Shown here piece after piece: positions 26,300 to 41,500 of a DNA stretch of 64,000 nucleotides. The number at the start of each line of letters is the position of its first letter. Within the stretch, counting starts at the first letter, position 1. A model generated the notes under the pieces. The model did no database searches, was not told where the DNA came from, and worked only from the letters and a program-made list of their open reading frames with translations. The stretch is from Eledone cirrhosa (Eukaryota): NCBI GenBank assembly GCA_964016885.1, contig OZ024762.1:28210001-28274000 (forward strand), given 5' to 3'. The position numbers and the translations under genes were made by a program.

Positions 26300-27950
26300 A
26301 TAACTGTAGATGTGATATTGTCTGTGGTTTTGATATCATCTGTAGTTGTGATGTTATGTGTAGATGTGATATCTGTAGTTGTGATATCATTTGTAGTGAT
26401 ATCATCTGTGTGTATGATGTCATCTGTAGGTGTCATGTCATCTGTAGGTATGGTGTCATCTGTAGGTGTCATGTCAGCTGTAGGTGTGGTGTCATCTGTA
26501 GGTGTGATGTCATGTGTGTGTGATGTCATCTGTAGGTGTGATGTCATGTGTGTGTGATGTCATCTGTAGGTGTGATGTCATCTGTGTGGGTGGTGTCATC
26601 TGTAGGTGTGATGTCATCTGTGTGGGTGGTGTCATCTGTAGTTGTCATGTCATCTGTACGTGTGATGTCATGTGTGTGTGTGTGTGATGTCATGTGTGTG
26701 TGTGTGTGATGTCATGTGTGTGTGTGTGTGTGTGTGATGTCATCTGTAGGTGTGGTGTCATCTGTAGGTGTGGTGTCATTTGTGTGTGATGTCATTTGTG
26801 TGTGATGTCATCTGTGTGTGGTGTCATCTGTAGGTGTGATGTCATCTGTAGGTGTGATGTCATGTGTGTGTGTGTGTGATGTCATCTGTGTGTATGGTGT
26901 CATCTGTAGGTGTCATGTCATCTGTAGGTGTCATGTCATCTGTAGGTGTCATGTCCTCTGTAGGTGTCATGTCATCTGGAGGTGTCATGTCATCTGTAAG
27001 TGTGGTGTCATCTGTAGGTGTGGTGTCATCTGTAGGTGTGGTGTCATCTGTAGGTGTGATGTCATCTGCATATGTGTCATGTCATCTGTGTGTGTCATGT
27101 CATCTGTAGGTGTGATGTCATCTGTAGGTGTGATGTCATCTGTAGTTGTCATGTCATCTGTAGGTGTGACGTCATCTGTAGTTGTCATGTCATCTGTAGG
27201 TGTGACGTCATCTGTAGGTGTGACGTCATCTGTAGGTGTGGTGTCATCTGTAGGCGTGGTGTCATCTGTAGGAGGGATGTCATCTGTGTGTGTGGTGTCA
27301 TCTGTGTGTGTGGTGTCATCTGTGTGTGTGTGTGGTGTCATCTGTAGGTGTGGTGTCATCTGTAGGTGTGGTGTCATCTGTAGGTGTGGTGTCATCTGTA
27401 GGTGTGGTGTCATCTGTAGATGTGTCATCTGTAGGTGTGGTATCATCTGTAGATGTGATATTATCTATAGCAGCGGTCACCAACCTCGCGAATCTTACGG
27501 ATTACTAAGTTCATAATTTTAAATCCTGTGGACCACTAATATGTATTTTTTGAAAAAGAGATAACCACCAAAATGTTCACGTAAATCACTAGTGGACCGC
27601 AGACCACTGGTTGGTGACTGCCAGTCTGTAGATGTGATATTATCTGTAGATGTGATATCATCTGTAGGTGTGGTATTGTCTGTGGTTTTGATATCATCTG
27701 TAACTGTGATATTATCTGCGGAGATATATTTGGTGTGATGTTATCTGTAGATGTGATAGCTGTAGGTGGGATATTGTCTATACGTGTGATATTGTCTGTA
27801 GTTGTGATATCTGTAGGTGCGATATTGTCTGTGTAGATTTGATACAGTCTCTATAGATGTGATATTGCCTGTGGCTGTAATATCATCTGTTGATGTGATA
27901 TTGTCTATACATCTTATATTCTCTGCTGTGTAAAGGTGATATTGTCTGGT
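26300..27950. repeat. ~18-bp minisatellite (tgtcatctgtaggtgtga)n containing a small hAT-like MITE at ~27471-27622
   Basis: Tandem units visible throughout. MITE ends cagcggtcaccaacc and ggttggtgactgc. Confidence 0.9.
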
Positions 27951-28001
27951 GTGTTAGGGTTAGGTGATATCTGAAAGGAAAACATGGAAAATGAAAGTTT
28001 T

Positions 28002-29942
<1,941 letters not shown>

Positions 29943-29944
<2 letters not shown>

Positions 29945-30320
29945 GGTCACGTGATGCGCATGAAAGACGACAGCTGTATAACAAAGTGCAGGGCAATAAA
30001 GATAGACGGTAGCCACGGTGTAGGCAGACCCAGAAAAACCTGGGACGAGCTGATAAATTCCGACCTCTCACACTTACACCTCTCCAAGACAATGACACTG
30101 GACAGAGACCTTTGGCGGTACTCAGTAATAGAGAAGACCCGCCTTACCTAAATACAAAGTAAAACCTACTACAGTCAGTAGGCATCTCTAATAAAATACA
30201 CCCCCGTCCCACCACCCCGACCCCATCCACACCGCCCCTTTCAATGTAAAGTTATGTTGGTGCCACAACATCCAGGCCGAAACAAATGAGATCATGTTGG
30301 GGTCACGACAAAAAACACAA
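29943..30320 (+). mobile_element. RTE family B 3' fragment
   Basis: [11 protein letters not shown]...GRPRKTW followed by part of the 3' UTR. Confidence 0.88.
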
Positions 30321-30965
30321 ATTAAGCCCCCATATTAACTGTAAAACTAGAAATGTAGTATATAGCATAAGATGTATCGAAGGACAATGTAGAGACAAAA
30401 ATATAGTGTACATAGGTGAGACAGCTCGTAGTGTAGGGGAACGGATAAATGAACACTGGCGAGACCTTCAAGATAGTAAAGAATCATCTGTACTCAACCA
30501 ACATGCTAAAATAGAACATAAGGGTAAATTAGAGAACAGAGAAATAAAAATAGAATCTACACACAGAAAAGACGCAATGTTTAGACAAATCACAGAGGCA
30601 ATAAACATAAAAGAATTACAACCAAAATTAAATAGAAAACATGAGTGGAACAGCAACATCACAACTTACAATTAAGGAGAAAATGAAAACACACACGCAC
30701 ATAGAACAAACAACCAACCTGTAACATGTAAATAAACAAATAAATAAACGAATATAAACACACACAGACACCCGGATGTGGCGCATGCGCAGACTGAGCA
30801 CACAACACACATACAGAAACAAGATGGCGTAGGACAGAACAAAGGAGAGGCACAAAAACAAAGAAAAGAATCCCCAGTCACTGAAGAGGTCACAGAATGT
30901 GTGACGAAAGAACTTTGACAATATATAAACAACCATCTGGTTGTGGAACCAACCAACCAACCGGA
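30320..30965 (+). mobile_element. Penelope-like element 3' fragment (GIY-YIG and pLTR)
   Basis: NCKTRNVVYSIRC...YIGETARS..ERINEH...H...H...RQITEAINI....PKLN, with a hammerhead downstream. Confidence 0.88.
30877..30919 (+). ncRNA. Minimal type I hammerhead ribozyme
   Basis: GTCA CTGAAGA G GTCACA GAATG TGTGAC GAAA G AA C TT TGAC: stem I 4 bp, stem II 6 bp, one extra nt after A9. Confidence 0.75.
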
Positions 30966-31414
30966 AATTTATAAATTCCTAAATTTATAAATTTTTTATA
31001 ATAAATTGAAGTGAAAGCAACTGGTGCGTGTGTTTCTTATTGGCAACATGACCCTCCCAAAGTATAACAATATCGGTTTCAACACACGTTTTCAGATAAA
31101 GCATCTTGCTAAACAAAATCAGAAACGAAATATATATTTATATATAAACGGAAAAAATGAAACGAAATTTCATTTCTCACTCTTAATACGGCTGTTACTT
31201 AAATATAAGTATGTATACGTACATACGTATATGTATCCAGATGTACAGTAGTATGTATATATATATACATACATGCACACATATATATATGTACGTATGG
31301 ATTCACCGAACATTTATTATAATGCTCGGTGTGTTTGTAAACAAACATCCCGAATTAAGTCGTACAGTATCTAGAAACCATCGTTGCTCATTTGTTCAAC
31401 ACTGACAAAGGAAC

Positions 31415-31453
31415 GCTGTACTAGTTTCAAGCTTATTAGCTATCGTCAGCAAC
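31415..31453 (-). ncRNA. Hammerhead-like ribozyme motif without adjacent ORF
   Basis: Minus strand GTTG CTGACGA T AGCT AATA AGCT T GAA ACTAGT A CAGC. Palindromic stem III ACTAGT, GUA triplet. Confidence 0.68.
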
Positions 31454-31655
31454 ATATACCTTCCTGCCAGATGGTTAAACGTCTGAAAGTATATACTTTC
31501 CTTATGCATATTAACGGCTGAGCAGCCTAATTTGCATGTCGAGCATTATAATAAATTTTGTTTCATTTTTTCCGTTTATTGTTTTCGGTACCCTGGCCGA
31601 TTAACTCACTCGATATACAAATTAGGCTGCTCAGCTGTTAATATTCATAAGGAAA

Positions 31656-34511
31656 GTTTTTCTCGGTCTGCCTACTCTCTAGCTACCGTCTATTTTGATC
31701 GCCCTGCACTTTTTTTATGCAGCTGTCATCTTTCATGCGCATCACATGACCATACCAACATAGTCTTCTCGCGAGTAAACAGCATCTGATCCCTCTTATT
31801 CCTAATTTCTCACTTAGTTAATTTATGCTTTGCCGTTCGCGTATATTACTATTACACATCCAACGGAGCATGCAAGATTCGTTCCTCTCCAGTCTGTGTA
31901 GATCCTCTGCACACAAGGCCCAGGTCTCACTGCCATGTAACATCGTTGTTCGTATGCAGGCATCATACAGCCTGCCTTTTATTTTTAGAGAGAAACTTTA
32001 ACGGCCAATAGTGGTATAAGTTCTCTGAACTTTTTCCATCCTGTTCGGACTCTAGCTACACTACTTTCAGAGCACCCTCCACCACTGCTGATTTTGTCAC
32101 CCAGGTAACGGAAGGTGTCCACTATTTCTATAGAACCATCTGGGCAATGGAATGCGTTAGTATTCTGTGGGCATTTGCTGCTACTTATTGCACCAGAGCA
32201 CCAGCCACATATAAAATCTATATTCTTAGTTATCTTACCTGTGATCCCACTATATCTTTTATGCACCCATACTTTGCATTTGGGACATAAAATGGAGTTT
32301 CTGCCTACTCCTTTCCTACACACTGAGCATGGCCATTTCCCAGATGGGACCAGTGCCCTATTCTACTTCCTACATATTAGAACTTTAGTCTTAGACAAGT
32401 TAACTTTAAGGCCTTTTGATTCTAGGCCATGCTTCCATGTTTGGAATTTCTTCTCTAGTTCGGCCATTGATTCGGCTATGAGCGTTAGATCATCTGCGTA
32501 TAGAAGTTCCCATGGGCAGCCGGTCTTGAACTCCTCCGTTATAGCTTGGAGGGCGATAATAAATAGGAGGGGGCTAAGGACGGAGCCCTGATGAACACCA
32601 ACTTTTACGCTAAACTCTTCATTATATTCGTTGTTAATTCTAACCTTGCTGACTGTTTCTTTATACATGGCTTGTATAGCTCTCACAAGCCATTCATCTA
32701 CACCTAGTTTTCTAAGAGCCCACCAGATAATGGAGTGGGGGACTTTGTCAAAGGCTTTCTCCAGGTCTACAAAAGCTAAGTAGAGGAGTTTACTTTTAGC
32801 TATGTACTTCTCCTGTAGTTGTCGTACAATGAAAAGAGCGTCTGTGGTACTTTTACCTGACACAAACCCGAACTACATTTCATCTAGATTAATTTGCTCT
32901 CCGATTAGTTGCGCTATTACTTTTTCTGTGACCTTCATGACCTGGTCAATTAATTTAATGCCTCTATAGTTTCCCCTATCTAGGGCATCTCCTTTACTCT
33001 TGTAACAGTTAATGCATTTGCTGCAACCCCAGTCCTTTGGTACGACCCCATTCTGTAAAACTTGGTTTACTATCCGGGTGACCATAGTACGTCCCACCGT
33101 TCCAGATGCTTTTAGCATTTCAGCAGCTATTTCTGAAGGCCCAGCCTGATTGCCTTACTTATTATACTACCTTAAACTTGCACTGCTGGTCCCTCTATTG
33201 GATCGATGTTGGGGAGGCTGTCTTTCTCCCATTTATTCTCCTCATTTAGTAGCCTTTCGTAGTGACACTTCCAAGCTACCTTCTTATCAGCGTCAGTGAT
33301 GGCAAGTACACTATCATCATTACGGATACACTTCTCCCCGACAATATCACAGTTTTCCTTGACACATTGCCTAGCAATCCTGAACACCTCACGTTTTTGG
33401 TCATCGCGTTGTAGAACATGCTTGAACTTTCTTTCCTCTGCTTCCCTTCTTGCGAAGTACCCTTGTCTCCTAGCTTCTCTCCTGGCCACTTGATAGTCTT
33501 CTCTACTTCCCCCATCCCACCATACTTTCCAAGCCTGCTTTTTGGCCTTGATCGACTCCTCCACCTTACTGTTCCACCACCAAGTTACTCTCCTCCTGCC
33601 TATAGGTTTGCTCCAGCCACAGATTTCATCTGTCGCCTTCAGCAGGTTAGCTTTCAGGAATACCCACTGATCCTCTATAGTGTACGACTCTAATTTCTCT
33701 TCCTTACTATCAAAAGCATCAAGTAATATGCTTTTAAATTTATTACTGGCTGGTGGGGTCCTTTAGCTTCCATATTTTTCTCCTAAGGATAGTCCTCCTC
33801 TGTTGTCGAGTACGTCTCGTCCTGACTATGAGGTCGCTAACTATGAGGCTATGTTGGGAGGTGCATTCTTCATCGGGGAGAGATTTAGTGTTTACAACAG
33901 ACACTCTGTCTCGTCTTCTGGAAAGGATATAATCTATCTGACCTGCATGTTCCCCTGATCTATAGGTGATCAAGTGATTGTCTCGTTTTTTGAAGTTTGT
34001 GTTACAGATAGTTAGATTATTTGCGTCACAGAATTCCAGGATTCTGGAGCCTTCCTCATTTCTACTACCAAACCCATAGCCTCCATGAATTCCGTCATAG
34101 CCGTCACAATGTTGTCCAACGTGACCATTTATGTCACCAGCAATAATTATATAGTCACTGTCGGTTATTTGGGAGGTAATGAGCATTAGCGACTCATAGA
34201 ATCTGTCTTTTATAATGCCAGGCAGACCGGATTGGGGTGCATACACAGATATTATTGTCACAGTAGTTCTATTGAGGACAAGTCTTATTTTAATTATTCT
34301 GTCGTTCACTCTATTTACGTCTATTATCTTATCTACCCATTTTTCTGCTAGCATGAATCCTACTCTACCCAGCCCATTGTCATTTCCCACCCAGAAAAGC
34401 TTATAGCATCATTTTTTTACCCACAATGAATCTAGCAGACCCACCCCTCCACCTGGTCTCTTGAATACAACAAACATCGACCTCCTTACGTTCAAGCATC
34501 TCTACAACCTC
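31656..34511 (-). mobile_element. RTE family B, nearly full ORF (APE + RT + PHD-like finger), decayed, 3' end missing
   Basis: IQETRW, SVYAPQ, AGDINGH, QIDYIL endonuclease motifs and YADD, with several frameshifts. Confidence 0.93.
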
Positions 34512-34743
34512 GTGTAACACGCACACACACACACAGACACACACGCAACACATAATACTAACTTGGATGACGGAGTGTAACACAGAGACACACACACGCC
34601 TCAACATGTAAAATAACTTGGACAATGGATAGGCGTAGTGTAAATGCTAAAGGGTTAATAAGCCTTCCTGGCAGTAATGATATTGCTACTTGAATAGTTT
34701 GTGTTGCTAACAAACTAAATTGAATAAATTCTCACTTTTGTAG

Positions 34744-34860
34744 GAAGATTGTGATCCAGATTATGGTGCTAAGTTTGTTTTCAAGGATCATGAGAAAGAA
34801 TTAGTTGTTGGCGAAATCTTTGTGCGTGTTTATAACGAGCAGCCCACTTTTGTACTTGAG
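34744..34860 (+). CDS. DNAJC13: DNAJC13 exon 5 ([39 protein letters not shown])
   Basis: ttttgtag acceptor, GAG|gtaagg donor, 117 nt. [14 protein letters not shown] motif. Absent from the ORF track. Confidence 0.95.
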
Positions 34861-35895
34861 GTAAGGTTTCACATCTCATGCTTGTTTCTTTAGTATGCTT
34901 TTATTTGCCTTTGTTTTTGTTATAGATATTTTATTCATAGAAAATAGTTTTTCTCGGAGGCAATGCAAATAGGATGTTAATTAATCTTTAACACGCTATA
35001 ATATATATATAATATACATACACACATACTTGTGTCAACATCATCGTTTATAGTTACAATATGTAGATACATCACTATCATCATAGTCTATAGTTATCTT
35101 TAATCTTTAGCTCGCTAGAAATATTTATGAATCACTTCCCTTAACACTGTATTATGTATTAAGAAGAGATTACTCTATTGGTAACTTAATGCACCTAGAA
35201 CGTGCTGAAGGTTAAAAAATATAACAAACTTTTTTGAATGTTGCCTTAGAGATGTATGAATCATCATTGCGACCACAGTTGAATATTTCTAGCAAAGTCT
35301 CTCCACAATTCACGATTTTACATTGCTCCTAGCAACTGTTCACTACTGAGGTTTGTATTGTCTGTGAGTTGATCGATGACGGTTCAAGCAGGTCTTCTTC
35401 TAGTGTATCTCCTGTGAGCTGGTCCCCACAGTAGATTGGTAGATTGTTAGATAGGATATAGATGTAGATAAATATAGATATTTATAGATATAGATAGATA
35501 AAGATATATATAGATAGATACAGATATATATAGATAGATACAGATCTATATATATATATATAGAGATAGATACAAATCTCTCTATATATAGATATATACA
35601 GATATATATAGATATATACAGATATATATAGATAGATACAGATATATATAGATAGATACAGATCTATATATATATAGAGAGATAGATACAAATCTCTCTA
35701 TATATAGATAGATACAGAGATGGATATATCATCATTGTGACCACAGCCGAACATTCCTGACATAGCCTCTCCATAATTCCCAATTTTCCATTGTACCTGG
35801 CAACTGCTCCCTACTGAGGTTTGTATTGTCTGGGATTGATCAAGGAAGGTTCTGGCTGGTCTTCTATTGTCTCCTATAAGTTGGTTCCCACAATA

Positions 35896-36480
35896 GTAAC
35901 TTGTGTACTTTTTCCCAAACAATGTCTTTCTTGACTGTCTCCCATGAGTTTGATAGTAACTTGTGTATAACATCCTACTTTCTTCTCCAAACAATGTCTT
36001 TCTTGACTGTGTCTCCCATGAGTTTGATAGTAACTTGTGTATAACATCCTACTTTCTTCTCCAAACAATGTCTTTCTTGACTGTGTCTCCCATGAGTTTG
36101 ATAGTAACTTGTGTATAACATGCTACTTTCTTCTCCAAACAATGTCTTTCTTGACTGTGTCTCCCATGAGTTTGATAGTAACTTGTGTATAACATCCTAC
36201 TTTCTTCTCCAAACAATGTCTTTCTTGACTGTGTCTCCCATGAGTTTGATAGTAACTTGTGTATAACATCCTACTTTCTTCTCCAACAATGTCTTTCTTG
36301 ACTGTGTCTCCCATGAGTTTGATAGTAACTTGTGTATAACATGCTACTTTCTTCTCCAAACAATGTCTTTCTTGACTGTGTCTCCCATGAGTTTGATAGT
36401 AACTTGTGTATAACATCCTACTTTCTTCTCCAACAATGTCTTTCTCTACTGTCACCCATAAGTTTGTTCCCAAATTGTAA
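35896..36480. repeat. 74-bp tandem repeat, about 7.5 copies, abutting the exon 6 acceptor
   Basis: Unit gtaacttgtgtataacatcctactttcttctccaaacaatgtctttcttgactgtgtctcccatgagtttgata starts at 35956, 36030 and 36104. Confidence 0.95.
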
Positions 36481-36493
36481 CTTTCTCTTCCAG

Positions 36494-36547
36494 AACCCCA
36501 AAGGTTTTACAATTGACCTATTAGACTTCCTTGGTTCTGAAGCTCAG
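36494..36547 (+). CDS. DNAJC13: DNAJC13 exon 6 (NPKGFTIDLLDFLGSEAQ)
   Basis: ctcttccag acceptor, CAG|gtaaat donor, 54 nt. Confidence 0.92.
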
Positions 36548-36834
36548 GTAAATATATATCTGCTATATACCTCTCAACACCCTGTTCCACATGAAGCTGC
36601 ATAAACAAAGCATTATGGATTACATACAAAATTACTGTCCACCAGTAAAGATATAAATATTTGAATTAACATACTGAATATTAGATATTTCCTCCTAAAT
36701 CTTTATAGGATATTAAAAGTTAATGACTTAATGTCTTAGAAATTATAAGATCTGTCTCATTGTTTTGCCACACCAGAAAGTTTTTAACGTTAGTTAACAG
36801 TTAGCGTTTGAAAAAGCATAAGTTTTAGTTGTCT

Positions 36835-37345
36835 AAAATCTGTCTCAAGTCTGGACAAGAAGCCAGTCCATCGCAGAGTTAAAGTCTGTCTCAAGTCTGG
36901 ACAAGAAGCCAGTCCATCGCAGGGTTAAAGTCTGTCTCAAGTCTGGACAAGAAGCCAGTCCATCGCAGGGTTAAAGTCTGTCTCAAGTCTGGAGGCTCAT
37001 CAGGCCAGTGCTTATCCTGGTTTCCATGGCATGAAACGACTGAGTACAAGACCCATTGCAGGGTCAAAGTCTATCTCAAGTTAGGAGGCTCATCAGGCTG
37101 GTACTTATCCCAGTTTCCGTGGTGTTAAGCAACTGAGTACAAGGCTTCCCCTTGGACAGGATGCCAGTCCATCGCAAAGTTTAATCCCCAGCTATTACTG
37201 CTGGTACTCATTTTCAGGTGAGTATACTGGAGCAATGTGAAGTGAAATGTTTTACTCAAGAACATAACACACAACTCAGTCTAAGAATTGAACCCACGAC
37301 ATTAAGATCGTAAGTCTAACACCTTTACCACTAGGCCACATGAGA
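36835..37345 (-). mobile_element. tRNA/CORE-like SINE with tandemly repeated 3' end
   Basis: Reverse complement of the 5289 family, with repeated aaagtctgtctcaagtctggacaagaagccagtccatcgc units. Confidence 0.82.
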
Positions 37346-37387
37346 CTCTAGTTTTAATTGAAATCATCTTAAAATCTGCTAAATATC

Positions 37388-38208
37388 TAACTCTTTAGCA
37401 TTTGCATTACTCTCTATATATATATTTGTTTCTACTTTTGGCACAAGGCCAGCAATTACCCAGTACATTACTGGTACTTTATTTTATCGACCCCATAAGG
37501 ATGAAAGGCAAAGTTAACCTCGGCGAGATTTGAACTATATATATATTATTGTATTTACATGGTAAAGGCTTTATTTTACATAATTATCTCACATAATATC
37601 AAATCTATGAGATTTTGATATTCATTTTGAGAACAATACCTTAATATCAGTATGAGTGGCTGGTTACAGCTGGTTTGAACAGAAATAAGTGGGAATTCTG
37701 GCCGGATTTGACCGGTTTAAATGCCAAAGGGTTAAGCAACAGACTATAGATATTTTAACCCTTTAGTTTTTACATTACTCTATATATACTGTTGTATTTT
37801 CATGGTAAAGGCTTTATCTTACATAATATCGAATCTATGAGATTTTATTTATTTTGACAACAATACCTTAACAACAGTATGTGTGGCCAATTATGGCCGA
37901 TGTGAACAGAAAGAGGCGAGATAATTCTGGCCAGATACGGAAAGTTTAACCCTTTAGCATTTACATTATTCTCTTTCTCTCTCTTTCTCTCTATACACAC
38001 ACAATAACACATATATATATATATATACGTACTATTATATCTTCATGGTAAAGGCTTTATCCCACATAATATTGAATCTATGAGATTTTGATATTTATTT
38101 TGAGAACAATACCTAACATCAGTATGAATGGCCAGTTACGGCCAATTTAAACAGAAAGAGGTGAGAAGATTCTGGCCAGATATGGTCAGTTTAAATGCTA
38201 AAGGATTA
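37388..38208. mobile_element. Three clustered piggyBac-type MITEs
   Basis: TTAA-CCCTTTAG termini, same ~204-bp body as 56380-56583. Confidence 0.8.
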
Positions 38209-38283
38209 ATTCGTTATACGTCTAGTAGTTATATTTCTGATGTGCTGACACTTAAGGTTGCTTTCTACAATATCTTTCTCCAG

Positions 38284-38416
38284 TATCTCTACTCATTAAT
38301 GGCGCTACAGCAGCAGAACCGTAGTTTTGGTAGTGGGCAAGTAAGTACGAGTGACCGGTTAAAGAATGTTGAAATGGCTCTGGAAGCGCTGAGAAATGTG
38401 ATAAGAAATAACCCTG
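38284..38416 (+). CDS. DNAJC13: DNAJC13 exon 7 (YLYSLMAL...VEMALEALRNVIRNNP-G)
   Basis: tttctccag acceptor, G|gttagt donor, 133 nt ending phase 1. VEMALEALRNVI motif. Confidence 0.95.
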
Positions 38417-38533
38417 GTTAGTAGACTTTCATATTTTGTAATTCATGCCACATGTTCTGGTTACTAAACAAAAATAATTCCATCTATACCACATGTTCAT
38501 GTTAGTATACAATGTTATGACAATGATCTATAC

Positions 38534-41500
38534 CAGTGCTTCTCAAACTATCTGATGTGGCGGACCAGCATTTTTTTTTTCAATGTGCCAAGTACCGCTA
38601 ATATTTCATAGTAATATTAATTTATACCGGAAACGATATATATAATGAATATAATAAAAGTTGACCATTTTTTTATCTTCTATTTATTTTGTAAACAAAT
38701 AATACAATATCAAAACATATAAAAAAGTAATAAAAAACATAAGCAGTTTATTAACACAAAAATAAAAATTATATAACCTTAATCTTTACTAGTGTGAAAG
38801 GTGAGCCTGGTTCTTCTTTGTCAGTTTATCCAGTCGTGGTTCAATTGAGGACAGTGCCACGTGCAATGGAGAATGAATATCCATATTATTCCTGTACTTT
38901 ATCTTAATAACACTCATGGTTGAGAAGCCAGTCTCGCAGCAGTATGTTGAAGGAAATGGGAGAAGAGTTTTCAGAGTAATTTCACTGAGCTCAGGATATT
39001 CTGCTTTCACTTTTATCCAAAATGAACCAAGTGATGTAGTTTCAAAACTCCTCTTCAATCCTCCGTCAGCAGCCAGCTCCAACAATTTATCCTCCATACT
39101 CAGCAAAGTTAGGATTGGCAATGAGTATAGCGAGGAATTTAGCGTACAGGTTGGGGTCCACCAGGGCTCTGTTCTTAGCCCTCTCCTGTTCATCATAGTC
39201 CTGCAGGCAATAACGGAGGAGTTTAAGACCGGATGCCCATGGGAACTCCTGTATGCTGATGACCTCGCACTCATAGCTGAATCTATGGTAGAACTAGAGA
39301 ATAAATTCCAAACCTGGAAGCAGGGACTAGAGAGAAAGGGCCTCAAAGTCAACATGACAAAGACTAAGGTCCTTGTAAGTAGACGAGAAAACAGAACCCA
39401 GATCCCCTCAGGGAAATGGCCTTGCTCAGTATGTAGGAAAGGTGTAGGTAGGAACTCCATTCTCTGCCCCAAATGCAAACAATGGGTACACAAGAGATGT
39501 AGCGGGATCTCAGGAAGCTTAATTAAGAATGTAGGATTCACATGCAACAGCTGTGCTGAAACAGCAAGCAAACAGCCACAGGAAACAAGTACCACCAATC
39601 TCTGGGAGGGTCCTGTAGAAACAGTAGACAGCTTCTGCTACCTAGGTGACCGAATTAGCAGCGGAGGTGGGTGCTCAGAAAGTACAATAACTAGGGTAAG
39701 AACGGGATGGAAGAAGTTTAGGGAACTACTACCACTGCTAGCTGCAAAAGGCTTCTCCCTCAGAATGAAAGGCAGACTGTATGATGCGTGTATCCGAACA
39801 GCGATGTTGCATGGTAGTGAGACCTGGGCGCTGAAGGTGGAAGACTTACGTAGATTAGAGAGAAACGAAGCCTGCATGCTCCGATGGATGTGTAACAGTA
39901 ATATACGTGAACGACAAAGCATAAAGGAATTGAGAGAGAGACTGAGCATAAGAGGAATCAAATGCTGCGTGCAGGAGAGGCGGTTATGCTGGTATGGACA
40001 TGTGATGCGTATGAAGGATGACAGCTGCATAAAAAGGTGCAGAGCACTAGAAGTTGATGGAAACCGCGGAGTGGGGAGACCCAAGATGACTTGGGATGAG
40101 GTGATAAAAGCCGACCTTACCCAACTACACCTCTCAAAGTCAATGACACACGACCGTGACTTCTGGCGTCACGCAGTAATACAGGGTACCCGACCTCCCA
40201 TGGGTACATGCTGAAGCATATAAACAATATGCCCCCCCCCCACCGCAAGGTGGCCGTGGAGGTGCCACGGCAAAAAAGCACCCAGCCCACACTGTAAAGT
40301 GGACGTGTAGGCGCCACGAAAAAGCACCCAGCACTCACTGTAAATGAGGTTGGTGTTAGGAAGGGCATCCAGCTGTAGAAATCAAGCCAGATCAGTTCCT
40401 GTATGAGCAAGGCATGGTCAGCCGACCAGACACTGCCCACAACAGGACAACCCGTCTAACCCATGCTAGCGTGGAAGAACGGACGTAAAACGGTGATGAT
40501 GATGATGATGATGACTGACACTTAAGTCATCTTACAGTGGAATAAACGGATTTCGGATCCATCCATTCCCTTTCCGTGGATCTTCTTCTGCTGGGAAGTA
40601 AAACTGAAACCGGTCTGCCAGATTCGTCAAGTGTTCACTGATGACATTTCGTAGAGATGTAATATCAAGGTCTTCGCCTGCATCACCGATGATTGTCGCT
40701 AATTGATGAAACATGTCATAACAATCTCTTGACACTTGACTCTTCCATGCTTCTAGCTTTCGTTTCTGTCCGTCGATCTTGTCTGCCATTGTAAAACACG
40801 AAGCATCCTTCCCTGCATGGAGGTGTTGAGATCATTAAAGATGGCAAACATATCAGCCAAATAAGCCAGCTTGGCTAGCCAATCCACATCTGTGAACAAT
40901 TGTGACCAATTTGGCTTTTTGTCCTGAAGAGACTCAAAAAGCTCGTTTCGTAGCTCAAATAATCCTCGATAGCCAACGTACATCGGCATGCAATAGAAGC
41001 TGTTTGTGATCAGCCCCCTTATTATCACATAATGCAGTGAATAGTCTCGAATTTAAAGCATTCGCCTTTACATGGTTCACAATTTTTACAATCTCGCTGA
41101 GTACACTGTCTAGTTTGGTGGACATTTTTTTGGTTGCAAGACTTTCTCGGTGAAGGAAGCAGTGCGTCGACTTGCATTCTGGGTAACCACTCCTGAATGC
41201 CGTCCTATCATTGCGGTAGCACCATCAGAACACACGCCTACACAAAACTTGAAATCCAACCCACATTTGTTAACGATGTAGTCACTCACAGTCTTGAACA
41301 CTTCAGAACTAGTTGTTTTTGTTGGTAGTGAAGCAGAGAAAAAAAGTCTTCCTTAAATCAGCTTCATGTTCAAAGCGCACATACACCATCAGAATTGCCT
41401 GATTAGCAAAGTCTGTACATTCATCAAGCTGCAAAGAAAAGTACTTTGCTAATTTAATTTGTTCTATGAGCTGATCTTCCATATCGTGAGCCAGATCGTG

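Noticed and set aside
26230-27516. Cys-rich (CRCDVI)n ORFs resembling metallothionein or keratin-associated proteins
   Set aside because: They follow the 18-bp minisatellite period, shift frame freely and have no exon signals.
35896-36480. CRISPR-like array
   Set aside because: Units are contiguous with no unique spacers, and the context is a eukaryotic intron.
38916-40214. 432-aa ORF as a novel fusion gene
   Set aside because: The N-terminus is antisense hAT sequence that happens to be in frame with the inserted RTE fragment.
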